From a virus, in IMG/VR virus record IMGVR_UViG_3300047551_001153, positions 1 through 64,000 of that record: a stretch of DNA of 64,000 nucleotides; one strand, written 5' to 3'. The notes beneath the pieces were generated by a model that did not search any database, was not told the DNA's origin, and saw nothing but the letters and a program-made list of their open reading frames with translations. A program made the translations under genes and the position numbers. Positions 59,925 to 64,000 of the stretch are shown in pieces; within the stretch, counting starts at the first letter, position 1; every line of letters starts with the position of its first letter.

Positions 59925-61718
59925 TTAGACTATTTGATTGAGTCCCTTATAGATGATGGTATTGATGTCAAAATATGTTTTTGCCGATGAACTGGGTGTA
60001 ACCACCAATCCCCAATAATCATTATAACCTGTCGCTTCAATAGCGAATGTTCCTAACTCCGTTCCTGTAGAAATGTTTGAATATTCCGTGAATTTTGCAC
60101 CAGAGCCGTTTTGATTGCCCAAAATCATGAATTTTCTTATGCTATAGTTAATTTGGTCATCTGTGTAGGCAAAAACCGTGACATCCGCCGCATGGTGATA
60201 TGATATGGATACGATGGATGCGGTGATTCCGCCCGTTGAACCTGAATCTGGTGTAAACGAATATTCGTTTGGCTCCGCACCCTGAACCAATAAAACTTTT
60301 GTCGTTGAATTAGTTATGACTTGCTTTCCGAGGTTGTCGGATATTGTGGTCGCTCCGCAGTCTGGATAAGAAAGCAGTCTGTACTTGTTTGTTTGGTACA
60401 TTACTTTCTGACATTCAATGTCGGAGCCATATACTGTTGGAGGTACAAATCCATCGGGCGGAACCGTAACATTATTTGGTCTAAACAGATTAACTTGACC
60501 GACATTTGTTACAAAAAACTGAACAGGATTGTAACTGTTAACACCCGTAATTGAAGTGGTTCCAAGCGGAACAGCATTTTCAATGCGAGCCAGATTTCCA
60601 GTTTTGGTTATGACTATCCTATTTCCCGCTGTAACCGAATCACCTGTCACCTGATATGATGGAGCAAGAGAGACAGCACCAAGACCACTTACTGAAAAAT
60701 AAGTTGAATCGAAAGATGCTACGCCCGTCAAACTTTGAGTCGCAACAGATGGAGCATATACTACTGATCCTGTAAAACCGTTGAAACTCTTGACATAATT
60801 TGCAGTAAGGCTCACACTGCCTAAATTACTGACCACAAACTCATCAGTAAAAGATGCTACACCCGTAACAGAACTTGTAGCCACAGGACTATTACTTCCA
60901 ATTGTTACAGTATTACCCGATCTTGATACTGAAATCCTTGAACCCGCTACAACTGTATCACCTGTTACTTGATATGTCGATGCTAAAGAAACAGCACCCA
61001 AGCCACTAACGGTAAAGTATGATGAGTTAAAGGATGCTACACCTGTCAAACTTTGTGTGGCAACGGGTGTGGCATACAAAACAGATCCTGTAAGGCCATT
61101 GAAACTCTTGACATGGTTGCTTGTTATACTTACTGCACCCAAAGCACTTACAATAAATTCGTTACCAAAAGATGCCACGCCTGTGACACTGGAGGAAGCG
61201 ATAGGAATTACTGCGGGGAGGCTACTAAGAGTAACATTACCTGTCTGTCCATTTATTGATTTTACAATACCTGCTGTTAGACTTACAGCACCGAGTGCCG
61301 ACACATTAAAATCAGTTGCATTAAAAGATGCCGCACCAGTAATACTGGATGATGCAATTGGAATATTGACAGAACCAGAACCAACAGGGACACCATTAGA
61401 ATATATGGTTCCCTGAACATATAAATCTTCTTGAATTCCAACACCACCATAAACAACTAAAGCACCAGTTGATACACTATTTGACGGGGTGGTGTTTTCA
61501 ATATTAACTACACCCTGAAATATATTTGTATCTGTAAATGTGTTGGGTAATGCGAGCAAAGCCGCACCAACTGGTGTTGAGCCTAATTCAACGATGCTTC
61601 CCGTGCTACCAACAAACAATCTTCCATCAGCCACATTTACAGCAAGTTCACCCAATGTCAAACCTGTGGGTTGAAAACCCGCAGTAAGACCACGCTTGAT
61701 TTTGATGATATTCGCCAT
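59925..61718 (-). CDS. Tail fibre-like protein with tandem repeats
   Basis: IKIKRG...GELAVN..DGRLF N-terminal fibre anchor, TGALVV.GGVGI, six P.AT.S.TGVASF-type repeats. Confidence 0.82.
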   Translation of the reverse strand: MANIIKIKRGLTAGFQPTGLTLGELAVNVADGRLFVGSTGSIVELGSTPVGAALLALPNTFTDTNIFQGVVNIENTTPSNSVSTGALVVYGGVGIQEDLYVQGTIYSNGVPVGSGSVNIPIASSSITGAASFNATDFNVSALGAVSLTAGIVKSINGQTGNVTLSSLPAVIPIASSSVTGVASFGNEFIVSALGAVSITSNHVKSFNGLTGSVLYATPVATQSLTGVASFNSSYFTVSGLGAVSLASTYQVTGDTVVAGSRISVSRSGNTVTIGSNSPVATSSVTGVASFTDEFVVSNLGSVSLTANYVKSFNGFTGSVVYAPSVATQSLTGVASFDSTYFSVSGLGAVSLAPSYQVTGDSVTAGNRIVITKTGNLARIENAVPLGTTSITGVNSYNPVQFFVTNVGQVNLFRPNNVTVPPDGFVPPTVYGSDIECQKVMYQTNKYRLLSYPDCGATTISDNLGKQVITNSTTKVLLVQGAEPNEYSFTPDSGSTGGITASIVSISYHHAADVTVFAYTDDQINYSIRKFMILGNQNGSGAKFTEYSNISTGTELGTFAIEATGYNDYWGLVVTPSSSAKTYFDINTIIYKGLNQIV

Positions 61719-61877
61719 TTAGAAGTTTCCGCCGTCAATATTTATAGAGAAAAGGTCATCTATGCTGATGGTGGTTACGGGGTACACCTGCCAAGCCTCT
61801 CCGTCCCAACGCCAACTGGAGTAATCATATGTATAGATTTGATTCAACGAAGGATTTGCAGGAAATGCGAGTGCCAT
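61719..61877 (-). CDS. 52-aa protein with FP.NP...W.WDG..W motif
   Basis: Below the track cutoff; MALAFPANPSLNQIYTYDYSSWRWDGEAWQ...IDGGNF after an AAGGA RBS. Confidence 0.75.
   Translation of the reverse strand: MALAFPANPSLNQIYTYDYSSWRWDGEAWQVYPVTTISIDDLFSINIDGGNF
61739..61746 (-). promoter_or_regulatory. Late promoter TATAAATA (inside the 52-aa ORF)
   Basis: Perfect consensus 20 nt upstream of the 61718 ATG. Confidence 0.6.
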
Positions 61878-61886
61878 GGTTGTTCC

Positions 61887-63170
61887 TTAGATGATATCAA
61901 ACCAACTCAAATCAATAGAAATGTTTGTGCTTGCCGCAAAAGCCCGAGCCGCAATCGTAACCGTATCACTTTTTCCAGTTGCGCCTGTTATGCTCGTTTG
62001 AGTGCGTCCAAGTTGAAAGTTAAAGTCGTTGATGGATGATATGTCAAGCACACCGCTCTCATCAAAGAAGCCGCCAATAATATCGGTTCCTGTGACCTCA
62101 ATGTGTGTGGGGGTAAAAGTATAATCAACATTTCCGTTTACATGGGTCGTCCATACCACATTTGGGCTACCTTGAGCCGACAAACCAGCATTAAGCAACA
62201 CACGATATTCAACGGCTCGTGTGCCTGCGGCTTGATTGCTTGTGGTAACTAATCCGTTTAGATTGGAGGGAACCACCACACTATCCAAACGATTTTCATT
62301 TAGTCGTATTGATACAAGCGGACGCAGGCGGTCGGTGGGTAAATTGGTTATAGGACTTCCGTCAGTACCAACATTCGCACGGCGACTGAAACCTTCGTAT
62401 CCACCTTCGCTAATTATGCTACTGCAAATCTGCTTCATGGTTGCGCCCGTGATACTCTGTCCGTTCAGTGTTCCAGTCACGCCAGTTCCGATGGACTCAA
62501 TCTCGTAACGAACAGGAAGCACCGCCGTGGTCATGTATGTGGTGGAATTGATGTTGTCGTTGTGAAATATGTGGGCAATCACAGGCTTGCCGTCTATGAA
62601 GAAACCCGTTCGCACATCGCCCACGCCAAGCCATTCAATGTCCGTCCAGAAAATGTTTGCGCCTGTGACACTCAACACACGACCGCTTGGTCCGTTGCCA
62701 TCGTATGTGTCATCGCTCCAACTTGATTGTGGAATGCGGCGAGTGGTGCTGTCCACGGTTCCAGTAACATTTGAGCGCAGAACCATGTATGCGGTCAAAC
62801 CATCTTGTTCAAAATACACGCCGTTTTTTTCGCCGAAGTATCCGACTCGTTGACGCAGATTTTGGTGCGGTTGGTTCATCACGAATGTGTTGAGACTCAA
62901 CAGCGACTTGCCGGGTTGATACGGAAACACACGCTTGGTTTCACGATACACTTTTGACCCCGTGGTCAAGCCGATGGTCATGTGAATCGTGCTTTCGTTG
63001 GGCATGTGATGGTGGGTTCCGCCAGTTGCGGTGATGGTACTCCACTTGTCGTTTTCTTGATAGCGGTGTTGCGAGTCGAACAGAGTGAAAGGATTGGCCA
63101 CACGCAGACGATTGAAAGCGTCAACCGTATCCTCTTTGAAACCCACCAAATCGTTGAACAAGTAACTCAT
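61887..63170 (-). CDS. Conserved phage structural protein
   Basis: DAFNRLRVANPFTLFDS, YQPGKS, WLGVG.VR.GF, LP.RYEI, QICSS.ISEGG; start MSYLFN via ATGA overlap. Confidence 0.75.
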   Translation of the reverse strand: MSYLFNDLVGFKEDTVDAFNRLRVANPFTLFDSQHRYQENDKWSTITATGGTHHHMPNESTIHMTIGLTTGSKVYRETKRVFPYQPGKSLLSLNTFVMNQPHQNLRQRVGYFGEKNGVYFEQDGLTAYMVLRSNVTGTVDSTTRRIPQSSWSDDTYDGNGPSGRVLSVTGANIFWTDIEWLGVGDVRTGFFIDGKPVIAHIFHNDNINSTTYMTTAVLPVRYEIESIGTGVTGTLNGQSITGATMKQICSSIISEGGYEGFSRRANVGTDGSPITNLPTDRLRPLVSIRLNENRLDSVVVPSNLNGLVTTSNQAAGTRAVEYRVLLNAGLSAQGSPNVVWTTHVNGNVDYTFTPTHIEVTGTDIIGGFFDESGVLDISSINDFNFQLGRTQTSITGATGKSDTVTIAARAFAASTNISIDLSWFDII

Positions 63171-64000
63171 ATGATTCTCCACCCCGCACGATAAATGAAC
63201 TGCAATGCACCATTATCTATCGCCAACACCGCTGAGTCTTGGTTGTCTATCTTATGGGACGCACTACCACCCACAATCGTGATTCGGTGGTTTACGCCCT
63301 TTCCACAGTTTCCAGACTCGTCCTTGATGGTGATTTGCCTACCCGTCTCTGGGCTTACAGGGAGAGTAATCGTCACGGGGCCGTCATAGTTCACGCCGAC
63401 ATAGTAATCGCTGTCCGTAACCTGATAGGATGAGGCGGTCACCGATGCGGTCGCCAAAATGGAGACCGTCATGTTGGGCATACTGGGCTGAAGCCAGACA
63501 TAGGCTCCACCCGCACCCGCAGGCGCATAGACATACTCAATACCCGTATCCGAGTCCATCCAACGGCTACCTGCCGTTATGCCTGTTGTTGGGGCAGTCG
63601 CCCTGTAGTTGTAGTCGCTTGAGCGAATCTTGAGGGTGTTCGTGGCGGAGTCTGTCGTGAGAAAGACATGATATCCCGCTTCAACGGTCAGGGTTTCTTT
63701 ATCGTACTGAACCGAAGTCAGGTCAGATTGACCCGAAACGCTGATGACCTTGAACGCTGTGTCCAGACCACCACCGCCGTCATACAGGACGGGCTTACCA
63801 CCACCGCTACCAGACCCGATAACCTTTTGAAGTTTCTTCAGGTCGATGCTGATGCGTTGGTCTTTGAGAACCAAGGGAGCCTGAGCCGACACGATGCCCA
63901 TCGGACCCGTATCGCCCTTCTCACCCCTATCGCCCTGAGGCCCTGCTAATCCTTGCTCTCCTTGTGGTCCTCGTAACCCAACAGGGCCTTGATTTCCTTG
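63167..64000 (-). CDS. Collagen-like repeat fibre protein (5' end outside the window)
   Basis: Frame stays open to 64000 (QGNQGPVGLRGPQGEQGLAGPQGDRGEKGDTGPMG...), then G.RW.DSDTG..Y and DYYVGV...TITLP...G...IKDE domains. Confidence 0.85.
   Translation of the reverse strand, partial: QGNQGPVGLRGPQGEQGLAGPQGDRGEKGDTGPMGIVSAQAPLVLKDQRISIDLKKLQKVIGSGSGGGKPVLYDGGGGLDTAFKVISVSGQSDLTSVQYDKETLTVEAGYHVFLTTDSATNTLKIRSSDYNYRATAPTTGITAGSRWMDSDTGIEYVYAPAGAGGAYVWLQPSMPNMTVSILATASVTASSYQVTDSDYYVGVNYDGPVTITLPVSPETGRQITIKDESGNCGKGVNHRITIVGGSASHKIDNQDSAVLAIDNGALQFIYRAGWRII

Overview
The window is part of a large T4-like (Tevenvirinae/Kyanoviridae-style) myophage genome read in the standard genetic code, almost all on the minus strand. 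It holds the head module (gp23-gp22-gp21-core proteins-gp20), tail tube and sheath (gp19, gp18), terminase (gp17, gp16), neck (gp15/14/13), two large collar-containing tail fibres flanking a GT2-TPR glycosyltransferase, and the baseplate (VrlC/DUF4815-like, gp8, gp7, gp6, gp25, PAAR, gp5, hub, gp53, gp48). A short plus-strand island (gp4, primase gp61, small ORF) is followed by gp46 without gp47, a 1.28-kaa Cys-rich mosaic protein, a HExxH/CxxC membrane-protein trio, a class II ribonucleotide reductase (nrdJ) and a second cluster of repeat-rich fibre/appendage genes. T4-type late promoter boxes (TATAAATA / nCTAAATA) precede most structural genes. Sigma70-like promoters with 16-bp spacers precede primase, gp46 and nrdJ. 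The most notable signals are: (1) G-x-[TS]-[GA] motifs spread through the outer virion proteins but scarce in enzymes, together with a glycosyltransferase embedded among the fibre genes, suggesting a phage-encoded virion O-glycosylation system; (2) a 12-bp inverted repeat across the gp46 early promoter that could switch its translation; (3) domain sharing between a tail fibre and the Cys-rich giant protein; (4) several paralogous gene families. Assignments come from motif recognition and synteny only; no database searches were run.
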